Notes: generated by a model not told the origin, from the letters alone. A DNA stretch of 64,000 nt from an uncultured cyanobacterium (GCA_963744145.1 CAVUSO010000001.1:6848001-6912000); one strand, 5' to 3'. Shown: positions 29,361 to 40,364, counted from the stretch's first letter. Numbers and translations are program-made.

Positions 29361-32300
29361 TTAATAACTTACCCTCGCAGTTAGAGATAGGCGATCGACA
29401 GGATTACGCAGTAAAGCTTGTTGTAAAATTACCAACTCGTTACTATCTGTCGCGATCGCAGGTTCAAAGGTAAATGTTAATTTGAGACTCACATTGGCTC
29501 TGACTCCTTCAGTATGTAGCAAAGCATTTATAGGAGTAGCAAAACCTTGAAAACTACGCAATCCACCTTGATAGTCGAAACGCACAAACTGCTTGTCTAT
29601 CTGAATTGTTGCCTTTTGATCGATCTCAACGTTCAGTTTACCTAGTAACGGGAAAGAAGTTGTAATCTTGCGATAGTCAATGATTTGATCGACAGTAATT
29701 TCTATGCTCTTAATGCTGGTAACTTTGGCTGTCGGTTCAGAACAGCGATCGCTAAACTCTGTAAAAGCAGCATTGACAGTTCCCGATATATCAATTGTTT
29801 CAGGCTTAAGATTAAAAATTGACGGTTGATCCTGTACGCTATTCCCTTGCATTGGACTGGAGGAATAGTTAATAATCTTTGCTTGAGTTTCCTGCTCTGC
29901 GGTTTCCCCATTACCATAGTCAGCCACAATTTTAAAAGTCGTGGTTTGCCTAATTTGTACCTGATGATTATCACTAGGTAAAAATTCACCATCGATCGGC
30001 ATCCCATCTTGATAAATCCTTACTGATAACGCACCTGGCGATCGCCAGCGTAAATTCACAGTTTTAGCTAATTCGCTACTGGGCATAACCTGAACATTTA
30101 ACTCAATCACCCGTGGCTCTGGGGGTTTGAGGATACCCCTGCGATATAATTCCATGCGATCGGAAAACTCAATTGTGTCTGGTAGACTTGGCAATTTCCC
30201 ATCATCACCACGAATATAAACCTTAGTCCCAATCTTTAAATCCCATTGACCTGACCGTATACCTTCACGGACAGTTTCTCTTAGTTTGGAAATATCCGCA
30301 TCAAGCAACATCTGTAACCCTAGATTTTTGGAAAACTCTTCTTTTAAAGCTTTTGTTGTCCAGTAGTCTATACCCGCTAACCAGACCTTTTGCAGAATGT
30401 AAGCAGGTGCAAATGCACCCGCATCTTCAGCACGAATTTTTTGGCAATCCTTTAAAGACTTGAGAATCACATCCTGTTGGTTTTTATTGCCTTTTACCTC
30501 ACCTGATGAGTCGGCAGGCAATGTAAAATGGAGCAATCCTTTCGGCGCTTTAGCAGGATCGTTAGTTGGATAAAAGAGATGGCGATAAGCTTTTATTAAA
30601 GCAATTCTTACTTCTAAGTCCTTTTGATAGCCGCGTTCCTTCAGTTGTTGACGCTGATTTTCTGATAAGTCCTCTTGTCGATTTGGAGACTTCATAATAT
30701 TTTGGAATGGCAAGATGCTCTTTAGTAAGATCGATCGCCCGCTCTAATTCCTGTTTATTTGCCACTAAAAACAGCAACCGATTCCGAAATATGCGGAACT
30801 TTCCCAACTCTCCCGTATTATTAAAAATTTGCTCAACCAGATTAGGTGCAATATCGGTTGAAGCGTTTACGGTTTCTTCGTCAAAGTCAATTATACAAAG
30901 AGCAATATCATCAGGTTTATCGTCAACATCGCCCGAACTCTCAGGACTAGCAACTAAGGTAAATACTTTGTTAGCGAAGATACTATCGCGCCGATTTCGC
31001 AAATGGTCTTTCGCTGTGAGATTGCCAATCTGCTCTTTCTCTTCTACAATAATTTTGTTGATCGACGGCTCTTCTTTAAAACGTGCGATCGTCGTAATCG
31101 GATCGATATCCAGATACCATGCTACAGAAGTTAATCGATTTAACACAGGTTCAATATAACCAATCTCAACCTTGGGCATTAGCAAAGCTAAATTTAGCTC
31201 GGCTCGGCGGATACCTGCGGATGTACCTTGATTAATTGAATGCAAAAAGATTGTTCTGGCTACCCATGTCGCAAAGGGTGGTTTACCTGCGGCTTGCCAC
31301 TCTTGATCGTATAGTTGGGCATGGGCAAGCTTCCCATCAGTATTAAAAATATCTGCCTGAATTGGGCTTCGCATCAATGGACGCTCTAATCGTGACGTAA
31401 ATTCACTGGTCACACCTTCATCTAAACCAATCGGAATGTGATGCAGATGAATCATTGGTATCCACTGCGACATATCTTGCCAGAGATGTCTTACCACCAT
31501 TGCCAATAATCGCAATGCTCCCCTTGTCCTTTGAAAGTTAGGAATAGAGGCAATTTTTTTGGTTAGTAAGTCAAATAGTTCTGGCGAGAAGGGATAGCTA
31601 TACTTCAATACTTGAGCATAGTTCGCATCTTTGCACCCATCAGGTAGATTTAGCCGACTGGATTTATAAACGCTTAAATAATCCTTGGTAGCAATACCAG
31701 CAGCTTGATCGTCAATACTCTTAAAAATTCGTCTCTTAACAATGTTGTAAATTTCTAAATCTGTACTCGGACTAAGTACCCTTTCTTGTCGAGCCGATAT
31801 TTGTAATGCTTCCTTTAATTCAGAGGTTTCTGCGCCAAAGGTATTGGATTCCGATGCTAGAGTGTAGACAAATACGATATTGTTACAAGCAGCAGTTAAT
31901 TCCGTCAGTGCAAATAGAAATGCCACGACTTGTTTGGATAGATCGCTATTCCCCACTGCGATCGCTTTAGCACGGCGCAAATACTGAGCAATTTCATCAA
32001 GAATGATTACCGTCGGTGCTTTTTTGGTGAGATTTTCGATGACAACTGTTCCTGGACTAACTTTCTGCTCATCCGAACCTCTCAGCAAACTATATCCTTC
32101 TACCCGACCAATTTGATAAGCGATTTCACCCCACAGTGTATTGTATGTACTCTTATCCCCGACTCTTGATGCAAAACACCATTTACAGGATCAAGGTCTT
32201 GACAAGCGATCGCGGCAACTTGAATTGGGCGATCTGGAATAATGTTAAGATCACTGACAAACCGATCTAACCCGCTGATTAGTCTTCCATTTTTGGCAAT

Positions 32301-32591
32301 ATGCCAAATTGCGATTTCATCGTGGGTTTTACCACCTCCAAAACTTGTCTCTAATCTGATCACTGGTGAACCCGTATCCATACCTGTTAAACGCCCAAAT
32401 ACTTCTGAAATAAGCGTCTTTAGCCCATTGGTAGGAAATGTATTGGCAAAAAATGTATTTGGGTCTTGATAAACCGAGGGTGCATTACCATCTACAACCT
32501 GTTTAAGTTTAGCAGCAAAAACATCCTCTGATAAGTTGCCACCAAGGACTTCATCGCGTGGTACACAGGTTTTTAAAATCGATTCCAACAT
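29361..32591 (-). pseudogene. DUF499 AAA+ ATPase, split by two frameshifts
   Basis: Walker A ETSFGGGKTH, Walker B IILDE, YPFSPEL and FQRTRGALR. Frameshifts are a 5-bp duplication at 32137-32146 and a +1 C near 30705. Confidence 0.88.
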
Positions 32592-32641
32592 AGTTTCAAT
32601 TCTTTAAGTTTTTTTAAATTGAAGGCTTACCCATAACTATA

Positions 32642-33274
32642 TTATTTTTCTAACTTGTGCCGCAACTCTCGCATGATCACACTAATAGTGCGATCGCGGG
32701 ACATTTCCCAGCATTCTGCTACAATTTCTGATACATTAAAATTGGGTAAATAGCGACTAACTGAACTTTCGATATATTGATTATTTTGTAAGGAGTAAAT
32801 TCTGAGCCTATTATTTTTGAATAGCCATACTTCTGGAACTCGGTAAGGCAAATAATCATCTAAATCAGTGTAGCTAGTTACATCAATTTCAATCACTAAA
32901 TCGGGCGGTGGTTCAATCCCCCAAGCAATTCGATCTTTACCTAATATGGCTGGATAATTATCAATATAAAAACAATAATCTGGTTCAATCCCTCTTACCT
33001 CTGGTAAATCCATCGTAATGGGAGTAAATGCTTCATAGTCTTGACCCGATACATCTAGCAGAACGATCGCTACCATTGCAATAATATGAGCTTGTTTTCC
33101 ATGTATGGGTAAAGGTGACATTAATAAAATCTCTCCTGGACGATATTTAATACGTGGGATCTGGCGATCGCCCAATTGTTCCACAAGCGTTTGGTATTGA
33201 TTCCAAGTTCCCAGAAATTTCACAAGTGTTCCGGGGGGTAAATGAATTTTTTCTGGTGTAATCACTGCAAACAT
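32642..33274 (-). CDS. Uma2 (DUF820) family endonuclease-like protein
   Basis: EPDYCFY, PPDLVIEID and VPEVW motifs. Confidence 0.9.
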   Translation of the reverse strand: MFAVITPEKIHLPPGTLVKFLGTWNQYQTLVEQLGDRQIPRIKYRPGEILLMSPLPIHGKQAHIIAMVAIVLLDVSGQDYEAFTPITMDLPEVRGIEPDYCFYIDNYPAILGKDRIAWGIEPPPDLVIEIDVTSYTDLDDYLPYRVPEVWLFKNNRLRIYSLQNNQYIESSVSRYLPNFNVSEIVAECWEMSRDRTISVIMRELRHKLEK

Positions 33275-33433
33275 AAAATTTATAGCTTAATCAGAAGTTA
33301 CCAGGACTTCTGAAATTTTACCATGTTATTGGTCAGTCCTTGCTGGTAAGTCGTAAACAGTGCTTGTCTAAACAGCAAATAAATGGTAACAGTTAAAAGG
33401 TAATAGCAGCTCGTTATATAGGTAAAAATCGAT

Positions 33434-33640
33434 ATGTTTGATGACTTTTGGCAAAATGTAACTCGCTACATGCGTTATTTTGTTACCATTATCCTCGGGG
33501 TATTTGTGGCGGCTTTTGGCTGGTTAGCACCCTTGTTCAAGCGTCCCATCACCGCGATCGCCCTAGTCACCTTTTTGGTATCCGGATTAATTTTCATCAG
33601 CTTGACCCTCCGTGCTATGTTGCAGTTAAGTCCGGTCTAA
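33434..33640 (+). CDS. ycf33: DUF751 / Ycf33 membrane protein
   Basis: FWQNVTRY.RYF...TLRAML; conserved position upstream of rbfA. Confidence 0.88.
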   Translation: MFDDFWQNVTRYMRYFVTIILGVFVAAFGWLAPLFKRPITAIALVTFLVSGLIFISLTLRAMLQLSPV

Positions 33641-33716
33641 ACTAAAAGAACAGAGATTTGCGTCAGGCTAAATCTCATATCTTGCATTAGAAAGTGATTG
33701 AAGGAGCTGAGTAGTT

Positions 33717-34118
33717 ATGGCTACAGATCGTCGAGTTTCCCGTGTTGCTTCACAAATCAAACGGGAAATTAGCCAAATGTTGCTCCACGGGATTAAAGAT
33801 GACCGTGTCGGAGCAGGAATGGTCAGTATTACTGATGTGGATGTTTCTGGAGACCTTCAGCATGCCAAAGTATTTGTCAGTATCTATGGTACAGATCAGG
33901 CTAAAGAAGAAACAATGGCTGGGTTAGAAGCAGCGACTGGTTATATTCGGAGTGAGCTTGGTCATCGAGTCCGTTTACGTCGAACTCCAGAAGTCATGTT
34001 TCTGGAAGACCAGTCTCTAGAACGAGGTGATCGGATTCTCTCCCTGCTCAATCGTCTCGAACGAGAAAGGGAAAATACTGAACTTCACTCCAACCCGGAG
34101 ATTGAACCTGAAGCATAA
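33717..34118 (+). CDS. rbfA: Ribosome-binding factor A
   Basis: [23 protein letters not shown] and LRRTPE motifs. Confidence 0.95.
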   Translation: MATDRRVSRVASQIKREISQMLLHGIKDDRVGAGMVSITDVDVSGDLQHAKVFVSIYGTDQAKEETMAGLEAATGYIRSELGHRVRLRRTPEVMFLEDQSLERGDRILSLLNRLERERENTELHSNPEIEPEA

Positions 34119-34261
34119 CTGGATGGAATTGATCAGTTAACTAGAACTAAACTGCAATTTTGGTGCATTTAATTTGCAGTAAAATAATTGGGGTATTGGA
34201 GAAAAGCTCAATTCAATCAGTACCCCTAATTAGCGAAAATTATAGTAAATTGTAAATTTAG

Positions 34262-35375
34262 ATGTTAGAAACTTTACCAGCGATCGAAACTCTCTCGCTT
34301 AAAGAACAAATCGCTCAATTATTTATATGCGGGGTAGATTCTCATTTAGATTTACCAGTTTTACTCCATAGTCATTCACGTTTAACTGCTATTGAGTTAC
34401 CACCTTTTCAAGCAGCGATCGCGAATGGGGTGGATACAATCATGAGCGCTCACTTACTTATTCCTAGTTGGGATGAGGAAAAACCTGCCACTTGATCACC
34501 AGATATTTTAACCGGAAAACTACGGCAAATGTTGGGTTTTCAAGGATTAATCGTCACTGATGCTTTAGTCATGGGCGCGATCGCTAAACTTTACGATCAG
34601 AACGCAGCACCTATTCTGGCATTAATAGCTGGTGCTGATCTAATCATGATGCCCGTAGATCCTGAAGGTGCAATTAATGCAGTGTATGACGCTGCAACGA
34701 CTGGAAGGATTTCTGTGGCGCGAATTCGGGAGTCGGTCGAACGGATTTGGCAAGCTAAATCAAGAGTTTTTTCGCAATCTAAATTAGAGCAAGCTACCAA
34801 TTATCCATTAATTTTTCTTAACAAAATGGCTCAACCTTCAGCCCGGTCTTTAGCTAGGGAAATCATGAAAAATTCTCTGCAAATTTACGGACCGGTACCT
34901 ATACCAAAAGAGACAATTGAACCAGGAAAAATTTATCGCCATCTAATTTTAGTGGATCAGGCAATTGGCTGTGATTTTTTACCCCCAAATGCACCAGCGA
35001 TCGCCTGGTCTAAACAACTGGGATATCAAAATTTATTATGATTCAATTTGTCAAAATAATCTAATTCTAGCAGAACCAGAGCTACCAACTGTGGTACAGT
35101 TATTTGTGAGAGGAAATCCTTTCCGGAGTAGCACTGGGACTACTCAATTAGCCCAGAATTGGGTTAAGAAATTGTTAAAAAATGGTAATTTAGTAGCCTT
35201 AACGATCTACGGTAGTCCTTATGTTCTTGAGCAGTTTCTGGCTGCACTGCCTGAACATATTCCTTGTATTTTTGCCTAGGTCCAGCTACCAGAGGCACAA
35301 GCGATCGTCCTAGAACAGTTATTTGGCTTTTCTCTGCCGACAGAACCGTTTTCCGAAACGCTTAGACCTCAATGA
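34262..35375 (+). pseudogene. Glycoside hydrolase family 3 (NagZ/beta-glucosidase-like), inactivated
   Basis: SLKEQIAQL fused directly to DSHLDLP (large deletion removing the KHFPGHG region). In-frame TGA at 34493, frameshift near 35035 and in-frame TAG at 35277. GLIVTDAL retained. Confidence 0.85.
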
Positions 35376-35857
35376 TAGAACTGCCAACAGGTAATTAGCA
35401 TTTGCAAGAGGATTAATTGTGACCGCCAACGACGTGAGCAGATCGGCGGAATTCTCCATCTGATGATTTAGTCCTCTAGGCTCTGTTCAGCCATTAGCTA
35501 AGTAAAAAAGCAGAAATTTAAAGAGTGTATTTAGTGGCACTCCTCTACTTTTTCTACTCACCTCTTTCCTGACAAAGGTCTTTAGATAATTGGACTGTTG
35601 CACCAATCGCTGGCCCCAATACTTCTAGTTAGTTAAGTAAATGGGAAATATTACCATTAAGGGAATATCTAGCGACCCCTGGGCCGAAATGGGGGTCTCG
35701 ATCTGGGACAACAAAACCAAGCTGGAAGACTTTTGAAATTTTTATGAAGATAAGGAAAAAGTTTGTATCTAGCTATACTGAACAATTTTTACTTTCCAGC
35801 TAGGCAATTTTCGATTATACTAATGAAAGCTCTGTTAGTTTCTGAGCAAAAACCATT

Positions 35858-36088
35858 ATGCTGAACATAATTCAATCTCTCCAATACTCCCTAGACATCA
35901 TCCAAGACGAAGCTCGTCAACTCGTACATAAGGGAGTTGTGAGTCGTCAGCAACCGATTTACACTCTTTGCCAACATATTCCGGCGCGGGAATGGGCTTG
36001 TGTAGAACGGGAATTAGAAAAAAATAACTTTTTGCTGAGAGATCGCATTGGTGATCTCATGGGCGTAGAAGTGTGGGACAGTGACTAA
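35858..36088 (+). CDS. DUF4327 family protein
   Basis: YSLDIIQDEARQLV.KG.VSRQQPIY...DRIGDL..E.W.D. Confidence 0.85.
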   Translation: MLNIIQSLQYSLDIIQDEARQLVHKGVVSRQQPIYTLCQHIPAREWACVERELEKNNFLLRDRIGDLMGVEVWDSD

Positions 36089-36693
36089 ATTGGCCAAATT
36101 TCCACTTTTTTAGATATTGAGCAAATATTAATGCTCTAGAAATAAATTGGTGATAAAAAGGGTTGGGTAGTGGCAAAATTTTGCTACTACTCAATTTTAT
36201 TGGCTTAATTTTCTGGCTAGTCTTGACCTGATTTACCATCACCTCCTTTAACTTATTGTTATCATATCTTGACATTTCGGCGAACAAAAAGGGGGCATCT
36301 GTGACAAAAATTGACATAATTTGCGGCTAATCCTCGAATATTGTTAAGAAATCATGACATAGCGATCCCGCTCGGTCTTGTAAATGCGTATATGTGCCTA
36401 TAATTAGCTAAAAATACCCCTTGATTTTCCCAAGGATTTTCTGCAACATAAAATTACAAAAGCAATCCCGCTAATCCAAAAAAAGTTATTTTTTGTAAAG
36501 TCATAGGCCAAAAAAATCCAACCAAATCGAGGTAAGGGAATCGACCAAGCATAAAAAAGTAAAAGATTGCAAGCAAAAGTTAACCACGAAAACGCCGTTT
36601 AGGGAAAAATCAGCAAGACCTAAGCCCAATTACGAAATCATTTGGTCGCACTAGACAAACTGAGTGCTGTCCAAACAACTGGAGACCATATAC

Positions 36694-38631
36694 ATGGCTA
36701 AAGAAAGACCACCTTTAGAAGAGATGACCTTACGTCAGCTACGCAAAGTGGCTAGTGAATGTGGAGTCTCTCGTTACAGCCGAATGCGGAAATCGCAATT
36801 GTTAGCCACAATTCAGGAAATCCAAAATACCAAAGTTTCTATTATTGGCTCTACTACAGAGGAGGCTCAAGAACAAGTGGAAGCAGCAAAATTTAATCTA
36901 GGACAAGAAGATCGGACTGGTGGCTCTCTGTCATCTGTAGATGAAGGAATTGCCGATTTACCTTCTGGGTACGGTCAAAGTTGCATCGTTTTAATGCCGC
37001 GGGACCCTCAATGGGCTTATACCTATTGGGATGTACCCAATGAAAGCAAAGAAGATTTACGCCGTAAAGGTGGGCAGCAACTTTCAATTAGACTATATGA
37101 TGTTACTGATATTAACTTAGAATACCAACGCGCCCATAGTATTCAAGAATATCCCTGTGATGAACTAGCCAGAGAATGGTACTTACCAATTCCTGTTAGC
37201 GATCGCGACTACCTAGTTGATATCGGGTATCGTTGTGCTGATGGTCGCTGGCTCATTCTAGCCCGCTCAACGGCAGTTCATGTTCCCCCTGTATATCCAA
37301 GCGACTGGATTGAAGATCAATTTATTACCGTTAATTGGGATGAAAATCTGCGTGGTAAGACCTTCTTAGAACTGGTTCCCCCCACCAAGAAAATTGTCGG
37401 TGGAGTCAATCCAATCTACGATCAAGTCTTTGGTTTAGCTGAATCTGCCGAATCAGCGCGGGTAGCTGGCTCAATATTTGGCTCAATGCAACAAGTAGCA
37501 GGTTCGGTCCAGCACGTCGCAGGTTCAGTTCAGCACGTCGCAGGTTCAGTTCAGCACGTCGCAGGTTCAGTTCAGCACGTAACAGGTTCAGTCCAGCACG
37601 TCGCAGGTTCAGTTCAGCACGTCGCAGGTTCAGTTCAGCACGTCGCAGGTTCAGTTCAGCACGTCGCAGGTTCAGTTCAGCACGTCGCAGGTTCAGTTCA
37701 GCACGTCGCAGGTTCAGTTCAGCACGTCGCAGGTTCAGTTCAGCACGTCGCAGGTTCAGTTCAGCACGTCGCAGGTTCAGTCCAGCACGTCACAGGTTCT
37801 ATCCCACACATCGCAGGTTCAGTTCAGCACGTCGCAGGTTCAGTTCAGCACGTCGCAGGTTCGGTCCAGCACATCGCAGGTTCCATCCCACACATCGCAG
37901 GTTCGGTCCAGCACATCGCAGGTTCGGTCCAGCACATCGCAGGTTCGGTCCAGCACATCGCAGGTTCGGTCCAGCACATCGCAGGTTCCATCCCACACAT
38001 CGCAGGTTCCATCCCACACATCGCAGGTTCGGTCCAGCACATCGCAGGTTCAGTCCAGCACATCGCAGGTTCCATCCCACACATCGCAGGTTCGGTCCAG
38101 CACATCGCAGGTTCGGTCCAGCACATCGCAGGCTCCATCCCACACATCGCAGGTTCGGTCCAGCACATGGCCGCATCAATTCAGCACGTACCTGGTTCAA
38201 TGATTGGTGTACAAGCCATCAGCTCCTACATCTTCCCATCCGGGGTAGGTATGTGGGCAATTCCTACCGAGTCGGGTTTAATTGGTTCTATGTCAGGAAT
38301 CGGACTAACTGCATCAGGGATTGGCTTCTCAGCTTCTGTACCGGTCAATCGTCCCCGTCAATTCTGGTTAGTTGCTGATGCTGAACTGATCGTCTATGGT
38401 GCTACTGAACCAGATGCAACTGTCACCATCGGTGGTCAGCCAATCAAATTAAATCCCGATGGGACTTTCCGGTTCCAAATGTCCTTCCAAGATGGATTAA
38501 TTGATTATCCAATTATGGCGGTTGCTGTCGATGGAGAACAAACTCGCTCGATTCACATGAAATTTAACCGCGAAACTCCTTCTCGTCATACCAACACGAA
38601 GGAAGAAGCTGTCCAGGAATGGCTAGCTTAA
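36694..38631 (+). CDS. Rho-N / DUF4912 domain protein with expanded heptad repeat
   Basis: LEEMTLRQLRKVA (Rho-N), PRDPQWAYTYWD (DUF4912) and C-terminal FWLVADAELIVYGATEP; GGAG RBS before ATG 36694. Confidence 0.9.
   Translation: MAKERPPLEEMTLRQLRKVASECGVSRYSRMRKSQLLATIQEIQNTKVSIIGSTTEEAQEQVEAAKFNLGQEDRTGGSLSSVDEGIADLPSGYGQSCIVLMPRDPQWAYTYWDVPNESKEDLRRKGGQQLSIRLYDVTDINLEYQRAHSIQEYPCDELAREWYLPIPVSDRDYLVDIGYRCADGRWLILARSTAVHVPPVYPSDWIEDQFITVNWDENLRGKTFLELVPPTKKIVGGVNPIYDQVFGLAESAESARVAGSIFGSMQQVAGSVQHVAGSVQHVAGSVQHVAGSVQHVTGSVQHVAGSVQHVAGSVQHVAGSVQHVAGSVQHVAGSVQHVAGSVQHVAGSVQHVAGSVQHVAGSVQHVTGSIPHIAGSVQHVAGSVQHVAGSVQHIAGSIPHIAGSVQHIAGSVQHIAGSVQHIAGSVQHIAGSIPHIAGSIPHIAGSVQHIAGSVQHIAGSIPHIAGSVQHIAGSVQHIAGSIPHIAGSVQHMAASIQHVPGSMIGVQAISSYIFPSGVGMWAIPTESGLIGSMSGIGLTASGIGFSASVPVNRPRQFWLVADAELIVYGATEPDATVTIGGQPIKLNPDGTFRFQMSFQDGLIDYPIMAVAVDGEQTRSIHMKFNRETPSRHTNTKEEAVQEWLA
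37480..38193 (+). repeat. Intragenic tandem repeat, 34 x 21 bp (GSVQHVA / GSVQHIA / GSIPHIA)
   Basis: Consensus GGTTCAGTTCAGCACGTCGCA; 714 nt = 34 units, all in frame. Confidence 0.95.
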
Positions 38632-38703
38632 GACATAAAAAAACCAAAGCGGCAAATTTTGGATAGACTAATTAAAATTTCGGTTTTCATCTTCAGTAAT
38701 AAT

Positions 38704-38733
38704 TTCCCCTGGTTTAGCCAGGGGATTTTTATT
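38704..38733 (+). terminator. Intrinsic terminator after the DUF4912 gene
   Basis: CCCCTGG-TTTAG-CCAGGGG then ATTTTTATT. Confidence 0.65.
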
Positions 38734-39019
38734 GTAGGGACTTTCCGGGAACGTCTTCTTCTTTCGGTGGAACTTAAGCCAACAGAAAAATCCGCACCAA
38801 CGGAAAAAAGTGATCTAGATAACATCAAGAGTTACTATTGGTGATGTAAGATAACATTAGGAGTTTTTTTCTATAATTTCTTCACTAATCCAAACAATAG
38901 GATAAAAACCTTGATTGTTTTGGCCGCTATCTAATAAGCTAAAAAACTTTTTTTCATTAAGCAATAAACGCTATCATTTTTAAGCTATGTCTGCCCAGTA
39001 AGCAACAGTTAAGAAAAAC

Positions 39020-39535
39020 ATGCTAAAGGCTATTAGTGTCATCTGGTTACTCCTATGTCTTGGGGACTTCATCTCCACATTTTTCTACCATATTCCCGAA
39101 CATATCTTTGGGAGTCTTCACCTCCAAACTCATCATTCTTCCAAGAAAACCTTTCGCCACTATGCCATCCTTACGCTCAACATTAGTGTTCTGCTTGATG
39201 GTATACTAGGAGCTTTACCCTACTTATTAATAGGCATTATTCTGTGGAGATTTTCGCCAACAGGGGTAATCTGTGGGTTAGTTTTAGGTCAGGTTCATGT
39301 CTGGTGGAGACATATAACTATTCTTGGTTGGCAAAGTCCTAAACCAGTTCTAGTTTTGTGCAAGATTTTGGGAATTACTACCCCAGAAAGACATTGGCTT
39401 CATCATCAAAACCCTTCCGTCGCTTATGGTGATATTTTCAGCTTCTTCGAGCAACCAGCTAAAGTTTGGTTACGTTGGTTACGTTTACTCAGAATATATT
39501 TGCGCCATACTTTTCCCAAGCAACAAGCAAGTTAG
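39020..39535 (+). CDS. Sterol desaturase / fatty acid hydroxylase family membrane protein
   Basis: His boxes HIPEH, HLQTHH, HVWWRH and HWLHH. Confidence 0.75.
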   Translation: MLKAISVIWLLLCLGDFISTFFYHIPEHIFGSLHLQTHHSSKKTFRHYAILTLNISVLLDGILGALPYLLIGIILWRFSPTGVICGLVLGQVHVWWRHITILGWQSPKPVLVLCKILGITTPERHWLHHQNPSVAYGDIFSFFEQPAKVWLRWLRLLRIYLRHTFPKQQAS

Positions 39536-39608
39536 CTTGGTTAAAGCTACATGGAACTGAGAAAATCTTGTTTGCTTGTGCTGACGGAAAACTTGACCAA
39601 GTAAACTA

Positions 39609-39637
39609 TTGACAAAAATCTTTTAATCAGAGATGAT
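39609..39637 (+). promoter_or_regulatory. Putative sigma70-type promoter for rplU-rpmA
   Basis: TTGACA-N17-GATGAT. Confidence 0.5.
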
Positions 39638-39801
39638 GAGAGATCGTCTATGTATCCATGCTCGGATCAGGTTGAGAGAGCAAAGGCTGTCGATCGATTT
39701 AGTAGTCGGAGGAATGGGATTAGTTTAATCTGGCATCACAAAGAATTAGTAAATCTGATCACCAATACAGCTACCTGTACGGCAAATTTTAGGGCAATTC
39801 C

Positions 39802-40335
39802 ATGACTTATGCAATTATTGAAACCGGTGGTAAGCAACTACGCGTAGAGCCGGGACGTTTTTACGATGTAGAGCTACTGCCGATCGCTGCGGAAGAAACA
39901 ATCACCATTGAAAAAGTTTTGTTAGTTCAGCACAATGGGACGGTAACAATTGGTCAGCCCCTAGTTGCTGGGGCGACGGTTGAGGGTCAGATTTTGCGAC
40001 ATCTGCGCGATCGCAAAATCATCGTCTATAAGATGAAACCGAAAAAGAAAACCCGCAAAAAACAAGGACATCGCCAGGAAATTACTCGTCTGTTGATTAA
40101 TTCGATCAGCCTCAATGGTGTGGTATTAGGGGACGAGGAAACTCCAGCCGTAGTAACTACCACGTTGACAGAAACGCCAACGGTGGAAACTACCCCTGAT
40201 CCTGAAGTGACAGTAGAAACGACCGTGATTGAGGAAACATCAACTCCGGTAATATCTCCAGAAAATACCACAGAAACGACCGTGATTGAAGAAACGCCAA
40301 CTTCGGCAATATCTCCCGAAGATCCCGCAGAATAG
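39802..40335 (+). CDS. rplU: 50S ribosomal protein L21 with Thr/Glu-rich C-terminal extension
   Basis: [10 protein letters not shown]...[12 protein letters not shown]. Confidence 0.96.
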   Translation: MTYAIIETGGKQLRVEPGRFYDVELLPIAAEETITIEKVLLVQHNGTVTIGQPLVAGATVEGQILRHLRDRKIIVYKMKPKKKTRKKQGHRQEITRLLINSISLNGVVLGDEETPAVVTTTLTETPTVETTPDPEVTVETTVIEETSTPVISPENTTETTVIEETPTSAISPEDPAE

Positions 40336-40364
40336 TTAACCATTTCAAGACAGTTGAGGAAATT

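Noticed and set aside
35400..35760. Possible riboswitch or ncRNA in the long intergenic region before DUF4327 (hairpin GACCCC...GGGGTC near 35675)
   Set aside because: Only an isolated hairpin; I could not match it to any known RNA family by eye.
37480..38193. Possible CRISPR array, or Cys/Trp-rich antisense ORFs (37799-38200, 37840-38040, 37845-38168) as RiPP precursors
   Set aside because: No spacers. The antisense ORFs are stop-free shadows of the 21-bp coding repeat.
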